From Minisyncoccota bacterium (GTDB lineage Bacteria > Patescibacteriota > Minisyncoccia > 2-02-FULL-40-12 > IGHO2-01-FULL-4-A), in assembly GCA_036517175.1 (NCBI GenBank), contig DATDXQ010000028.1, forward strand, positions 2,113-66,112: a DNA stretch of 64,000 nucleotides, in the 5' to 3' direction. Made by a program: the position numbers and the translations under genes. The notes below the pieces were generated by a model, which ran no database searches, had not been told where the DNA came from, and saw nothing but the letters and a program-made list of their open reading frames with translations. Of the stretch, positions 1 to 10,077 are shown one piece after another; within the stretch, counting starts at the first letter, position 1; each line of letters starts with the position of its first letter.

Positions 1-295
1 CCTCTAATAGACGCTTATTTTTGCCAAAATGTTGCTTAAGCAATTTCAACCTATCCTCCTGGAACATGACCGCGGTTTCGAATAATTCCTTAGGATTAGT
101 CGCCACCCCAAGCTTGGGTGAAGCAATTTTTCGGTACTTACCCGCATAGTATTTTTTGAGCTCATTGGATGAAACATTTTGACCCAACATACCAAGGTCA
201 CATTTCGCACAATAAAAAACCGGCACCTTCTCGCCACCTCTAAGTTTTTTGCTTAAAATTTCACTTATTTTTTCCTTACAAATTAGGCAAATCAT
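1..295 (-). CDS. Partial CDS (N-terminal about 98 aa) with a zinc-ribbon N-terminus, possibly a methyltransferase family N-terminal domain. It is not in the ORF track because it runs off the window edge.
   Basis: My own translation from the ATG at 293-295: MICLICKEKISEILSKKLRGGEKVPVFYCAKCDLGML... with no stop before position 1. The CxxC...CxxC pattern resembles the N-terminus of the C-methyltransferase at 10785. Confidence 0.4.
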   Translation of the reverse strand, partial: MICLICKEKISEILSKKLRGGEKVPVFYCAKCDLGMLGQNVSSNELKKYYAGKYRKIASPKLGVATNPKELFETAVMFQEDRLKLLKQHFGKNKRLLE

Positions 296-357
296 AAATA
301 AAAAAGAGACATTTAAGTCTCTTCAAGATAACACGCAAAAATACTTGTGGCAATATT

Positions 358-1296
358 TTAAAATTTAGGCCAAAGGGCAGGATCAACCTGCTCCGGATCG
401 CTTATCGCCAGTTCGGAAAGTCTAAGACAAACCTCATCTGGTAATGGACCATACTCAGCAGCAAGTACGGCCTCATAAAGATGCTCTAACTTATTCGTAC
501 CGATCAAAGATGTCGAAATAGAAAAATCCTTAGACAATGCAAAACGAATAGCCAAAGAAGGCAAACTCATACTCAACTCCGTAGCTATTCTATTCGCCTC
601 CAAAGAATTATTTTTTAATAAATTTAACTCCCTTGGTAGATCTACTGCGCAATCGCCCAATACACCCCTCAAAAGAATAGAACGGTTGATCACACCTACG
701 TTTTCCATAAGGGCCATGGGAAGAAAAAGGTCCCCCAATCTCTGATCCAGAATACTGTATGCAATATTAACTACATCAAAAAAATCGCAACTAACTGCCG
801 CCATCGCAGCAAGTTCACCACGAATTGAAATGCCTGAAAACTGTATCTTTCCTTCCTGTTTAAGTTTGCTCAACACCTCTATCAAATCTCCCCTTTTTAT
901 CTGTGCCCGACTACCTCCGTGCAATTGCAAAATGGTAAGAGAATCAACTTGCAAGTTACGTAAATTATCTTCAACCTCAGTTCTTATTCTTCTCTCCAAT
1001 TCTACTCTCGGTGGATCTTCACCTTTTTCAAGAAAGTGGGCGCACTTAGTGGCAATGATTACGCCTGGCAATTTAGCTATGCCCGACTTAGCAATTCTTT
1101 CATCAGCGCGTTGGTGAATATGTGCCGTATCAAAAAGATTAATTCCCAAATCAACAGCCCCCCTGAGCAATTGAATGGCTTGTAGCTCAGTCGGCACTGT
1201 ACGCAGCCCAATTCCGTAGGGCATACCTATTTCTGCGGTTCCTAAACCCAGACGCGAAACCCGCAATCCGGTTCGTCCCATTGTTTTGTATTGCAT
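358..1296 (-). CDS. Aldo/keto reductase family oxidoreductase.
   Basis: N-terminus MGRTGLRVSRLGLGTAEIG. AKR-like (beta/alpha)8 motif pattern. Confidence 0.8.
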   Translation of the reverse strand: MQYKTMGRTGLRVSRLGLGTAEIGMPYGIGLRTVPTELQAIQLLRGAVDLGINLFDTAHIHQRADERIAKSGIAKLPGVIIATKCAHFLEKGEDPPRVELERRIRTEVEDNLRNLQVDSLTILQLHGGSRAQIKRGDLIEVLSKLKQEGKIQFSGISIRGELAAMAAVSCDFFDVVNIAYSILDQRLGDLFLPMALMENVGVINRSILLRGVLGDCAVDLPRELNLLKNNSLEANRIATELSMSLPSLAIRFALSKDFSISTSLIGTNKLEHLYEAVLAAEYGPLPDEVCLRLSELAISDPEQVDPALWPKF

Positions 1297-1349
1297 TTTA
1301 TTTTCTCTATCATTTTAAATGAACTCTGGCAAAATAACATATTTTATTA

Positions 1350-1385
1350 AAAAAGTAAACCCCACTAAAATGCGGGGATAAAAAT
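1350..1385 (-). terminator. Rho-independent terminator after the SDR gene.
   Basis: Hairpin ccccac-taaaat-gcgggg. On the minus strand it is followed by a T-run. Confidence 0.5.
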
Positions 1386-1386
1386 A

Positions 1387-2205
1387 TCACAAAGAGGTCT
1401 GGCCGCCATCAACTATCAAATTCTGGCCAGTCATAAAAGAAGATGCATCGGAACAAAGAAACAACAGAGCACCCTGATAGTCGTTCGGCCTTGCCGGACG
1501 GCGAAGCATATTGCGCTCACCAAGCTTAGCAAGAAATTCCGGTTCAATTGAGCCGAAGTTTACCGCACCAGGAGATAAGGCATTACATCGAATATTAGGC
1601 GCTACCATTGCGAAATAAGCAGCCCAAGTCTTTGCCAGATGCACAACTGCAGCCTTTACTACGGGATAAGCAACTGACTTATATCTTCCAGGTTTGTACT
1701 TTCTATGATCTGGAACAGTTATCGCTGAGGTTGAACCAATATTTACAATGCATCCCATGTTTCTGGGTATCATATGTCTTGAAACCGCCTGCGTGCAATT
1801 CTGAGCTCCTATTAAACCAACCTCCAATTCTAACTTAAATTGCTCCAACGGGAATTCTTCGTAACGAGACCAGTCCGCATCCTCGGACAAATCGGCAACA
1901 CCAGCATTAACCTTTGGATTGAGCGCAGCATTGTTTATCAAGACATCGACACTCCCAAACATACCCACAACAGAATCAACATTTGCTTTTGCAGATCTCG
2001 GCTTGGTTATATCAACATGTAGTTGAAGGACACCTAACGCTTCTAACTTATTTGAATGATCGGCAACATCAAACGACACAACCTTAGCTCCGGCGGCTTT
2101 GAGTATTTCCGCATGTCTAATCCCCAATCTGCCTGCTCCGCCGGTAATAATTGCTACCTTGCCTTCCAAGGAAAATAGATTCCCTATTTTTTGCTGATCC
2201 ATCAT
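1387..2205 (-). CDS. Short-chain dehydrogenase/reductase (SDR).
   Basis: Rossmann motif ITGGAGRLG. ATG at 2203-2205 preceded by GGAGG. ATGA overlap with the stop of the upstream gene. The ORF-track TTG start at 2235 is probably an over-extension. Confidence 0.8.
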   Translation of the reverse strand: MMDQQKIGNLFSLEGKVAIITGGAGRLGIRHAEILKAAGAKVVSFDVADHSNKLEALGVLQLHVDITKPRSAKANVDSVVGMFGSVDVLINNAALNPKVNAGVADLSEDADWSRYEEFPLEQFKLELEVGLIGAQNCTQAVSRHMIPRNMGCIVNIGSTSAITVPDHRKYKPGRYKSVAYPVVKAAVVHLAKTWAAYFAMVAPNIRCNALSPGAVNFGSIEPEFLAKLGERNMLRRPARPNDYQGALLFLCSDASSFMTGQNLIVDGGQTSL

Positions 2206-3023
2206 TCTGTTCCTCCATACACGCTTGTTAACCAATATTTACAAAGTTCAAAATAAGTCTGGTTCAAAACAACGTCGTCCTTATTCTCTGATCGGGCACC
2301 CTGAATTATAAATGGCCTTACATAATCAACCCTTTCTAGAGCCTTGAAGGCGCCAAATATATCCGCACAGCCCATGCCAAGAGGAACAGTCTCCCCTCCA
2401 TTAGGCATCCTGTCTTTTACATGAACTCCAACAATATGAGAACCCAGTAGCGAAATTTCTCCAGGAACATCAACTCCCACACTTGCCATGTTTCCAATGT
2501 CATAATAGACACCGATATGCGGATCGTTAAAAGAAGAAACAAAATCCAACAATTCAGAAGCCGGCATTTCAGATTCAATACCTATTTGGACGCCCGTATT
2601 TTTGCAAATACTTAGGACTCGTTTCAACAAAGTCCGCGCTGATTGTTTATCTTCTAAAGTTTTCAAGGTATTTTCTTTAAAGAAAGATACCAAAACAACT
2701 GAAGCCCCAATCTTGTGAGCTGAATTAATTATCGAACCCAAAACCATAGGATAGCCATCGCTCTTTTCATAAAATCCATGCACTGAAGGAAGATACAATC
2801 TATTACCGCCCGATAACCAGCTCAACTCAGAAATACCGCCATAATACCAGAGCGGGCTCTTTTTGTATTTCTTGGCCTTAACCAATAGTTCCACACAATC
2901 AAAGCCAATCTTTTTTGCGACAGGAAACTCTGCCTGCCAATCTTCTGGAAAAAACTGGATACTACCATCGGGAGAAGGCGTAAGTCGCCCCTGCAATATC
3001 CCAAGCAGAGGGATGTTTGCCAT
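2202..3023 (-). CDS. Sugar phosphate isomerase/epimerase (xylose-isomerase-like TIM barrel).
   Basis: N-terminus MANIPLLGILQGRL with AGGAG upstream of the ATG at 3021-3023. Family assignment is by overall similarity pattern. Confidence 0.55.
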   Translation of the reverse strand: MANIPLLGILQGRLTPSPDGSIQFFPEDWQAEFPVAKKIGFDCVELLVKAKKYKKSPLWYYGGISELSWLSGGNRLYLPSVHGFYEKSDGYPMVLGSIINSAHKIGASVVLVSFFKENTLKTLEDKQSARTLLKRVLSICKNTGVQIGIESEMPASELLDFVSSFNDPHIGVYYDIGNMASVGVDVPGEISLLGSHIVGVHVKDRMPNGGETVPLGMGCADIFGAFKALERVDYVRPFIIQGARSENKDDVVLNQTYFELCKYWLTSVYGGTE

Positions 3024-3092
3024 TAATTTACTCCTTAAAATTATTAAACAGCATCCCACTAAAATATCATTTATTTACAAAAGGTCAACCCA

Positions 3093-4466
3093 TCAGATGA
3101 TTCTACTCGTCTCTTTTACAGATTCCTCAAAAACACGAACACCTTCTTTGAGTGCGGCATCTGGTATGGTGAGTGGTGGCGCAAGCTTGATTGACTCACG
3201 CCCAGTGTGGACCAGTAACAAACCCTTCTGCATAGCAAGTTCACAAACACGGCTAGCAAAATCACCATCTGGCTCTCCGGTCCTTGATTTTTTGAATAAC
3301 ACCGCAGCCACAAGTCCTCGTCCGTTTATATGAGCAATGTGCTGAGGATATTTTTGCTTGATTTCGTTAAGCATGCCGAACAGAATCTCACCTTTTCTCG
3401 AAGACTCGCCGACCAAATTTCTTGATTCTATCTCTTCTAAATTAGCCAGCCCGGCGGCACACGCCAAAGCATTACCAGAATGAGTACTGTGTCCAACGTC
3501 AGCTAATTCCGCCAGATCAATCAGATCCCTTCTTCCAACAACCGCCGATAAGGGCAGGCTACTACTCAACCCCTTCCCAAGACAAATTAAATCCGGTTTT
3601 ATTTTATAGTGTTCGAAGGCAAACAACTTACCAGTTCTGCCAAAACCGCTTTGTATTTCATCGACAGTAATCAAAAGTTTGTTAATTTTTGCGAACTTAA
3701 TTAATTCGTCCAAATAAGGCTTGGGGTAAAATAATGCTCCCCAACCCTGATAGGCCTCAATCATGACCCCACACAAATTTTCTATTTTCAATCCTTTGCT
3801 AACAAGATCCTTTATATCACTCCTAAATTTCTCCGCCCAATCAATTTTTTTATTTTCCCAACTAAACGGGAAAGGTAACCGATGAATATTTGGATCAGAA
3901 AAACCAAAAACATTAATAAACTTGGCATTACCCTTTAGCGTTTGAGCAACACTTGAAACACCGTGCATATTCCCAAGAAAAGAAAGAACACCAATTTTGT
4001 TCTTATTCGTGAGTTGTCCGTTAACTCTCATTATCAAAACAGCACATTCAGCAACTTCTGTTCCAGAAGAAGCCAAGATAACTTTTTGGCAAAAATCTGG
4101 GGTCACATCAATAAGTTTTTTAGCAAATTTATTTTTTATATCAGTAGGATAATCGTAAGCATGCAGAAGATCATCATTAACCTGTCCAATTATTGCCTTT
4201 TTTATCTTCTTATTTGAATGTCCGCTATTCGCAACAAAAATAGTCGAGGTAAAATCAATCCATTTGTTACCGGCTCCGTCAAAAACGTTAAAATCGATTG
4301 CCCGATCCCAAGCCAGTGGTATCTGTCGTGGCGGCAGACCAACACCAAACCTACCGCCCCCTCTTATTATCTTGACTGTTTCTGGCGAAGGAATGGACGT
4401 TTTTATTATTCTGTATTTTGTCTTAACAAGAGTTACTTTTTTTGGTTTTAAGGAAAAATTATACAT
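3093..4466 (-). CDS. Class III PLP-dependent aminotransferase, probably a sugar aminotransferase.
   Basis: 457 aa. Class-III fold motifs: GSEAVE-like SGTEVAECA, and the DEIQSGFGRTG PLP region. Confidence 0.75.
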   Translation of the reverse strand: MYNFSLKPKKVTLVKTKYRIIKTSIPSPETVKIIRGGGRFGVGLPPRQIPLAWDRAIDFNVFDGAGNKWIDFTSTIFVANSGHSNKKIKKAIIGQVNDDLLHAYDYPTDIKNKFAKKLIDVTPDFCQKVILASSGTEVAECAVLIMRVNGQLTNKNKIGVLSFLGNMHGVSSVAQTLKGNAKFINVFGFSDPNIHRLPFPFSWENKKIDWAEKFRSDIKDLVSKGLKIENLCGVMIEAYQGWGALFYPKPYLDELIKFAKINKLLITVDEIQSGFGRTGKLFAFEHYKIKPDLICLGKGLSSSLPLSAVVGRRDLIDLAELADVGHSTHSGNALACAAGLANLEEIESRNLVGESSRKGEILFGMLNEIKQKYPQHIAHINGRGLVAAVLFKKSRTGEPDGDFASRVCELAMQKGLLLVHTGRESIKLAPPLTIPDAALKEGVRVFEESVKETSRII

Positions 4467-4494
4467 ATATAATTATAATGACTATAAATTTATT

Positions 4495-5253
4495 TTAGTT
4501 TTCTTTTTTGAAATTAGCTTTTAAATAATCGTAAACAGAATTATCTTGTTTCTTTGTAAAGATGTATTCCAAATATTCAACATCCTCAGGCGTATCAATT
4601 TCGATCGTAAATGGGGTTTCAAAAGCCAGTGATTTCTGACCATAAAATAGGCCTGGGTTCTGTTTAATAAAATCAGGCCTGACAATATCAACATAGCCGT
4701 TTGGATGAAAAGCGGTAGGAAACGATTGCCTAGGCAAATTATAATACTCAGGCCTGGGATCATCAGGAAAAAAACCGGTCCAGTAGCCACCCTCTCCAAT
4801 TTTAAACATCTTCTGCGGCGGTTCTGCTAGCTTGTGTGCTGAACGAAGAGAGGTCGCCCTTGGGTCTGCTCCCAGCTTCTCAATAGCAGAATCCATCATA
4901 ATTGGATCACGGAGCGGCGTCGCCGGCCGTAGTTGAACTAACAGGTCAGGTAGATCGCCCTCATTTTCCTCAAGCCACTTTATTGCATGAGTAAAAACAT
5001 CCAGGTCAGTAGAATTATCCTGGGCAAACTCTTCGGGTCTGATGAATGGCACTTCTGCACCATATTTTTTCGCAATTTCAGAAATTTCAGGCGAGTTGGT
5101 TGATACTATATTCCTACTAATCCTTTTGCTGAGTTTTGATGCAGCTATTGAGTATGCGATAACGGGATACCCACCCAAAAACTTGATGTTCTTACCGGGA
5201 ACACCCTTTGATCCACCGCGAGCTTGGATTATAGAGTAGATTTTTTGACTCAT
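4495..5253 (-). CDS. CMP-nonulosonic acid synthetase (acylneuraminate cytidylyltransferase family).
   Basis: N-terminus IIQARGGSKGVPGKNI, typical of NeuA/PseF/LegF-type cytidylyltransferases. Confidence 0.8.
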   Translation of the reverse strand: MSQKIYSIIQARGGSKGVPGKNIKFLGGYPVIAYSIAASKLSKRISRNIVSTNSPEISEIAKKYGAEVPFIRPEEFAQDNSTDLDVFTHAIKWLEENEGDLPDLLVQLRPATPLRDPIMMDSAIEKLGADPRATSLRSAHKLAEPPQKMFKIGEGGYWTGFFPDDPRPEYYNLPRQSFPTAFHPNGYVDIVRPDFIKQNPGLFYGQKSLAFETPFTIEIDTPEDVEYLEYIFTKKQDNSVYDYLKANFKKEN

Positions 5254-5324
5254 GTTATTTAAGTAGACGATGATTCAAGGCGCTAAGTTCTTATCTGCTA
5301 AATTACAATAAAAATGGAAAAAAG

Positions 5325-5356
5325 GCAATAAAAAACCGCGCATGCGGTTTGTTAAA
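5325..5356 (-). terminator. Rho-independent terminator.
   Basis: Palindrome aaccgcgcatgcggtt flanked by an A-run and a T-run, downstream of the NeuB-like gene. Confidence 0.5.
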
Positions 5357-5359
5357 AGA

Positions 5360-6340
5360 TCATCCTTTACGTCTTAATTTTCTCATTACTTCAACTTCTT
5401 GGGGGTAAATTTGCACCACGCCATCGCCCTTTGCGATTTCAAATTCACGAATCCAACGACATAATGTTCTCAATTCTTCGGGCTCTATTGAACTAGCCTG
5501 ATCGCTGCCCCACATGGAACGCTCAAGGGTTATGTGTTTTTCTACAATACACGCCCCCATTGCAACAGCGGCAAAAGTCGGAACAATGCCACTATCATGA
5601 CTAGAGAAACCAGTGTCTACGGAAAGTTGATTTCGAAGATTTTCAATACATCTCAAGTTAATCATTTCCAAAATCTCTGATCCAGCATTAAGGGTTTGCG
5701 GATAAACACTCGTACAGTGTAAAACAACTAAACTATTTGTGCCGCCTAAAACACTTATGGCGTGCCTTATCATATTCATGTTACTCATGCCCGTAGAAAG
5801 AATTATAGGCCTTCCCTTACTCCGAATATACCTGAGAAGACCATCGTCAGTCAGACAAGGTGAGGCAATTTTATGACAAGGCGGATTGAACTCTTCCAAA
5901 AAATCAACGCTTTCTTCATCCCAAGGAGAGGCAAACCACAATATTCCTTTCTCGCGACAGTACAGATCTATTTGACTGTACTCTTCACGAGTAAACTCTA
6001 GAGCCCATTTAAGATCACCGTTGGTTGAATTCTCAAAACTTGAACTCTCTAGACGATTAACTGATTCATCGGAAAGCACACCTCTTTTTACGGCATTCAC
6101 AAGAACATCTTTGTTAACTTGTCGAGGTTTTGTCAGACTACCAGGATCATAATTTGCACTTGAAGAATAAACTATGGGTATCGTTCTCTTCTGAAATTTA
6201 ACGGCATCACAGCCGGCCGACACGGCCACGTCTATCAACTTTTTGGCTATTTCAACACTGCCATTATGATTAATGCCTATTTCAGCAACTATAAATACCT
6301 TCTCATTGTGACCCACACGTCTCTTATCGATTACAAACAC
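5360..6340 (-). CDS. NeuB-family nonulosonic acid (sialic/legionaminic/pseudaminic-type) synthase.
   Basis: FIVAEIGINHNGS...AVKFQKR N-terminal TIM-barrel signature of the NeuB/PseI/LegI family. Confidence 0.8.
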   Translation of the reverse strand: MFVIDKRRVGHNEKVFIVAEIGINHNGSVEIAKKLIDVAVSAGCDAVKFQKRTIPIVYSSSANYDPGSLTKPRQVNKDVLVNAVKRGVLSDESVNRLESSSFENSTNGDLKWALEFTREEYSQIDLYCREKGILWFASPWDEESVDFLEEFNPPCHKIASPCLTDDGLLRYIRSKGRPIILSTGMSNMNMIRHAISVLGGTNSLVVLHCTSVYPQTLNAGSEILEMINLRCIENLRNQLSVDTGFSSHDSGIVPTFAAVAMGACIVEKHITLERSMWGSDQASSIEPEELRTLCRWIREFEIAKGDGVVQIYPQEVEVMRKLRRKG

Positions 6341-6418
6341 AGCAAACCCCTCTTTGATATTGCAAAGAACCTTTCGTTACATAATCAGATATTTTAAAAT
6401 TAATCAATATTGACAACA

Positions 6419-7042
6419 TTAACAGATGTCTTCCTCAATCAGTCTACAAAGTTCGTGAATGGCAAAAAGGTGCACCTCCTGGATTAACGAGGTTTTATCA
6501 CTAGGTGCGATAATCATGGCATCAACCCCACCAAGAAGATAATCTGTTCCGGCACCAAAGAATCCTATTCTCTTGACTCCCCCCATTGCCTTCGCGGCGT
6601 TAAAACCCTCTATTATATTTCGCGATTGATTGTGTTTCTGATTAGGATCACTCGTAGTAAAACCGATTACCAAATCACCAGGCCTGGCAAGCGCTTCAAT
6701 CTGTCTAGCGAAAACCATATGAAAACCGAAGTCATTGCTTTGGGCTGTGAGTATTGAGCTGTCTGTAGTCAATGCTATTGCGGCAATAGGCTTACGAACT
6801 TTCTCAAACTTACATACAAGTTCTGCAGCAAAATGTTGTGCCTCTGCCGCTGACCCCCCATTTCCGAAAAGCAAAATTTTACCACCAGAGTCTATGCATT
6901 CCTTTATTAACTGGTAAATCTCCAGAATACTAGTGACGAACTTGTCACTTAAAAGCACCGTGTATAAGTCGCGCCTACTATTTATTTCCATAATTATCTT
7001 GGCCTTAATAGTAACGACTGAATTTTTCATTACGCACCTCAT
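6419..7042 (-). CDS. SIS-domain sugar-phosphate isomerase (GmhA/PtmF-like).
   Basis: LLFGNGGSAAEAQHFAAEL motif. About 200 aa. Confidence 0.7.
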   Translation of the reverse strand: MRCVMKNSVVTIKAKIIMEINSRRDLYTVLLSDKFVTSILEIYQLIKECIDSGGKILLFGNGGSAAEAQHFAAELVCKFEKVRKPIAAIALTTDSSILTAQSNDFGFHMVFARQIEALARPGDLVIGFTTSDPNQKHNQSRNIIEGFNAAKAMGGVKRIGFFGAGTDYLLGGVDAMIIAPSDKTSLIQEVHLFAIHELCRLIEEDIC

Positions 7043-7117
7043 TTTTAATCAACTAAACACAAACTAAAACAAAGATGGCCAAAAGTAAACTTGATTAGAT
7101 TTGAAGTTCCAACATCT

Positions 7118-7840
7118 TTAGTGCTTGATTTTCCAAGGCAGGCAAAGAGATTCCCAGATGAGTTTATTGGAAATTTTGGATTGACCCTGGGTCCTATCCG
7201 AGACAACCACAGGATATTCAGATATTTTGTAGCCCGCACCTATTATTTTGTGCTTCAGCTCGATTCTAATCGCAGTACCAGCAGACCTAATTGAATCAAG
7301 ATCTAAAGACACAAGAACACTCTTCTTGAGAACAAAGAAGGCGGACGCAACATCCTTCATTGGTATGCCCAATGTTAAGCGAAGATACAATGCGGCAAGA
7401 CGACTCAAAAGAGTCCTCTTTAAGCCCCAGCCAGATGCACCCCCGCCCTTTACATATCTTGAACCGACAACTATATCGCATCCAGGCTGCGACAAACTCT
7501 CAACCATTCCAGGAATATACTTGGGATCATGAGACAGATCAGCATCCATCATAATTATCGTATCGTAGCGATTATCTGGAATCAGTCTTTTAAAACCATC
7601 GATATAAGACCTACCGAATCCCCTATCTGTCGTCCTTAACATAAAATCAAGATTAGGAAATTCTTTTTTAAGATTTGCCACCTCTTCGGTCGTCTTATCT
7701 GGGGAGTTGTCGTCAACAACCAACATAGAAGCACCGGGCAACGCATTAAAAAAGTCCCTCACCAAAAAGCCTATGGACTGACGTTCATTATAAGTAGGCA
7801 CTATCGCTATCACCTTAGAATAAGTATCATCCATGTCCAT
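7118..7840 (-). CDS. GT2 polyprenyl-phosphate sugar synthase (dolichol-phosphate mannosyltransferase DPM1/Ppm1-like).
   Basis: IAIVPTYNE...VVDDNSPDKT and a DAD motif region. 240 aa. Confidence 0.75.
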   Translation of the reverse strand: MDMDDTYSKVIAIVPTYNERQSIGFLVRDFFNALPGASMLVVDDNSPDKTTEEVANLKKEFPNLDFMLRTTDRGFGRSYIDGFKRLIPDNRYDTIIMMDADLSHDPKYIPGMVESLSQPGCDIVVGSRYVKGGGASGWGLKRTLLSRLAALYLRLTLGIPMKDVASAFFVLKKSVLVSLDLDSIRSAGTAIRIELKHKIIGAGYKISEYPVVVSDRTQGQSKISNKLIWESLCLPWKIKH

Positions 7841-7845
7841 GGCGC

Positions 7846-8427
7846 TTAAGACAACTGGTCCATCCTCCCGTCCTGGATATCACTTGCAGCGTTACGATGG
7901 GACGGATGTATTTCATCACTAGCAGAAACCTCTTGCAACGTCATCCACTCCGGCTTAAAAATATCATCATCTGACCGAACACGAGCAACCTCTTCCAACG
8001 TCAGTGTTGTCACCACCGTAACACCGTTCATGTGGCAACCCCTATCCTGTGGCGGCTGTTCACGCAATGACCAAAGCCAAGAATCTGACCTTACAAACCG
8101 AAACCTTGCTGGATCAACATTAAGCCCGGTGTTTTTCAGTGTGTGGCGCGCTGCTGTGTCTCCATAGCTTTCACCTGGAATTTGCCTGCCCCCAGGAAAA
8201 GCCCAACCATTTTTATAGGGCTCATTATGTCTTCGCGCCATCAATATCTTCCCGTCTGGAGATATAAGTGCCGCATCAACACAGTTAACGACAATGTTGT
8301 CCAGAATGATTGTATATTCTTCGTCGGTAACCCGCCGCGCGTTTTTGCGAAGCTTACTAACTGTTTCCAGGTTTCCCGCACTGAGCGCTTTCCCATCTAT
8401 AAAGTATCTCTTATTTGTTTGAGTCAT
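7846..8427 (-). CDS. NUDIX hydrolase, GDP-mannose mannosyl hydrolase-like.
   Basis: Nudix box GWAFPGGRQIPGESYGDTAARHTLKNTGL. Directly adjacent to gmd. Confidence 0.65.
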   Translation of the reverse strand: MTQTNKRYFIDGKALSAGNLETVSKLRKNARRVTDEEYTIILDNIVVNCVDAALISPDGKILMARRHNEPYKNGWAFPGGRQIPGESYGDTAARHTLKNTGLNVDPARFRFVRSDSWLWSLREQPPQDRGCHMNGVTVVTTLTLEEVARVRSDDDIFKPEWMTLQEVSASDEIHPSHRNAASDIQDGRMDQLS

Positions 8428-8475
8428 TTTTTTACCTCCTTGTTAAAATAATATAAAGATAATAATGCCCAAAAG

Positions 8476-9498
8476 TCAACGCCGGCTTTCTAACATCAAC
8501 CTTACTAGTTTTCTGAAACTAGCCCTAGGTTGCCAACCCAATTTTCGTTTAATTTTAGAAATGTCGCCTACATAATATCCGCTCTCATTGCGATAAAAAT
8601 TTGGGTTAATTTTTACAATAGTTCGTCCTGACTTATCCACTCCGACCTCATTAACTCCTTGGCCTTGCCATTTAACCACCGTGCCCAAAGATATCGCCGT
8701 AAGTTCCACCAACTCTCTGACCGTGTGCGCCTTACCGGTTGCAATTACAAAATCATCCGCCTTACGAGATTGGAGCATTTTCCACATTGCTTCAACATAA
8801 TCACCAGCATAACCCCAATCCCTAATGGTTTCTAAATTACCTAGCTCCAAACAATCAAGTTTATCGACCTTAATTTTGACCAATGAACTGGTCACCTTAT
8901 AAACAACCAAATCCTTCCGGCGTGGCGACTCATGATTAAACGAAAAACCGGAACAAACATAAAGTCCTTTTTTACGAAAAGGCAAAACATATTTTTGGTG
9001 AAGCTTTAGCTTAGATACGGCATACGGATTCTCCGGTTTAAATGCTGTGCGCTCACTCTGAGGCGGATGAGAACTGTCAAAAATCTGAGCCGATGACGCC
9101 ATAAACATTTTTACATTGGGCAAAATCTTAAAAGCATCTGCAATCATTTTACCAGGGGCTTCACAATTAACTTCCATGGTTTTCTCCGGATTCTTAAATG
9201 AAGTTGCCAAATCTGAAATTGCCGCAAGATTATATATCTCGCCAGGATTAAACTCATTCAGGATTTCACGAACCAAGGAGCGATCTGACAAATCGCCAAC
9301 AATTATTTCTATGTGTGATTTAATTTTAGGATCGCATCCATTAAATACTTTTTCGGCCGCCCTCTTATCTCTAACCAAACCGCAAACTACATAACCCTTG
9401 GAAACCAAAAGCTTTGACAGATAGTATCCGTCCTGTCCAGATATCCCAGTAATAAAGGCTCGCTTAGAAGTTTTGCCTTTCGTTTTGCTCTTTTTCAT
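8476..9498 (-). CDS. gmd: GDP-mannose 4,6-dehydratase.
   Basis: AFITGISGQDGYYL extended-SDR N-terminus and overall Gmd-like length. Start trimmed to the ATG at 9496-9498 (MKKSKTKGKTSKRAFITG...). Confidence 0.8.
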   Translation of the reverse strand: MKKSKTKGKTSKRAFITGISGQDGYYLSKLLVSKGYVVCGLVRDKRAAEKVFNGCDPKIKSHIEIIVGDLSDRSLVREILNEFNPGEIYNLAAISDLATSFKNPEKTMEVNCEAPGKMIADAFKILPNVKMFMASSAQIFDSSHPPQSERTAFKPENPYAVSKLKLHQKYVLPFRKKGLYVCSGFSFNHESPRRKDLVVYKVTSSLVKIKVDKLDCLELGNLETIRDWGYAGDYVEAMWKMLQSRKADDFVIATGKAHTVRELVELTAISLGTVVKWQGQGVNEVGVDKSGRTIVKINPNFYRNESGYYVGDISKIKRKLGWQPRASFRKLVRLMLESRR

Positions 9499-9611
9499 AG
9501 AAATATAACTTAAAACCATTCTGACACCATACCCCCAATAGATCAATTAAAATAACCAGAAAACCAAGCTTGTATTTGTATTTATTAAGAAAAAAGATTT
9601 ATACTAATTTC

Positions 9612-10076
9612 ATGACCAAAAAGAAGAAAATAGAGAAACTATCTAATGAAAGGATGGAAATATTTTACCCAACCTGCAACATCGACACAGTAAAGGACGG
9701 TCGTGGCGGAATTTTTACATGGGTTCCTCCAGATGTTATAAAAGAATTCAACCTACTATATTTTACACCGGGAGCAACAAGGGGCAATCATTTTCACCCT
9801 GAGTTCGTTGAATATTCCTTGATAGTCGAAGGTCAGGGGGTAGCTGTGACTCGGGACAAAAAAAGTAAAGAAGAAAGAATAATACACCTCAGTAAAGGAT
9901 CTTGCGTAAGAACACCTCCGGGTGTTACCCACGCAATCTATGCCATAACAAACCTTACCGTAATGGCCCTGCTTACTAAACCATGGGATGATTGCAAGGT
10001 ACCCATAGTTAGGGAGAGCATATTTGAAGATAAGAAATCAAAAAAATTGTACAAGAAAAGTCTCCTTATAAAATAA
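9612..10076 (+). CDS. Cupin-fold sugar ketoisomerase/epimerase-like protein.
   Basis: Cupin motif GATRGNHFHPEFVEYSLIVEG. The ORF-track start at 9570 is TTG. The ATG at 9612 is preferred but the start remains uncertain. Confidence 0.5.
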   Translation: MTKKKKIEKLSNERMEIFYPTCNIDTVKDGRGGIFTWVPPDVIKEFNLLYFTPGATRGNHFHPEFVEYSLIVEGQGVAVTRDKKSKEERIIHLSKGSCVRTPPGVTHAIYAITNLTVMALLTKPWDDCKVPIVRESIFEDKKSKKLYKKSLLIK

Positions 10077-10077
10077 T

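Noticed and set aside
2206-2235. ORF-track N-terminal extensions that begin at TTG/GTG codons. Examples are 2235, 9570, 21046, 27387, 28573, 32573, 51790, 53927, 56435, 57409 and 58571.
   Set aside because: The ORF track treats TTG/GTG as Met. Downstream ATGs with Shine-Dalgarno sequences, operon-overlap logic and family N-termini support shorter genes. I kept alternative starts only where no ATG exists (12695..14122, 44552..45718, 48452..49615, 29821..30570 and 54223..54633).
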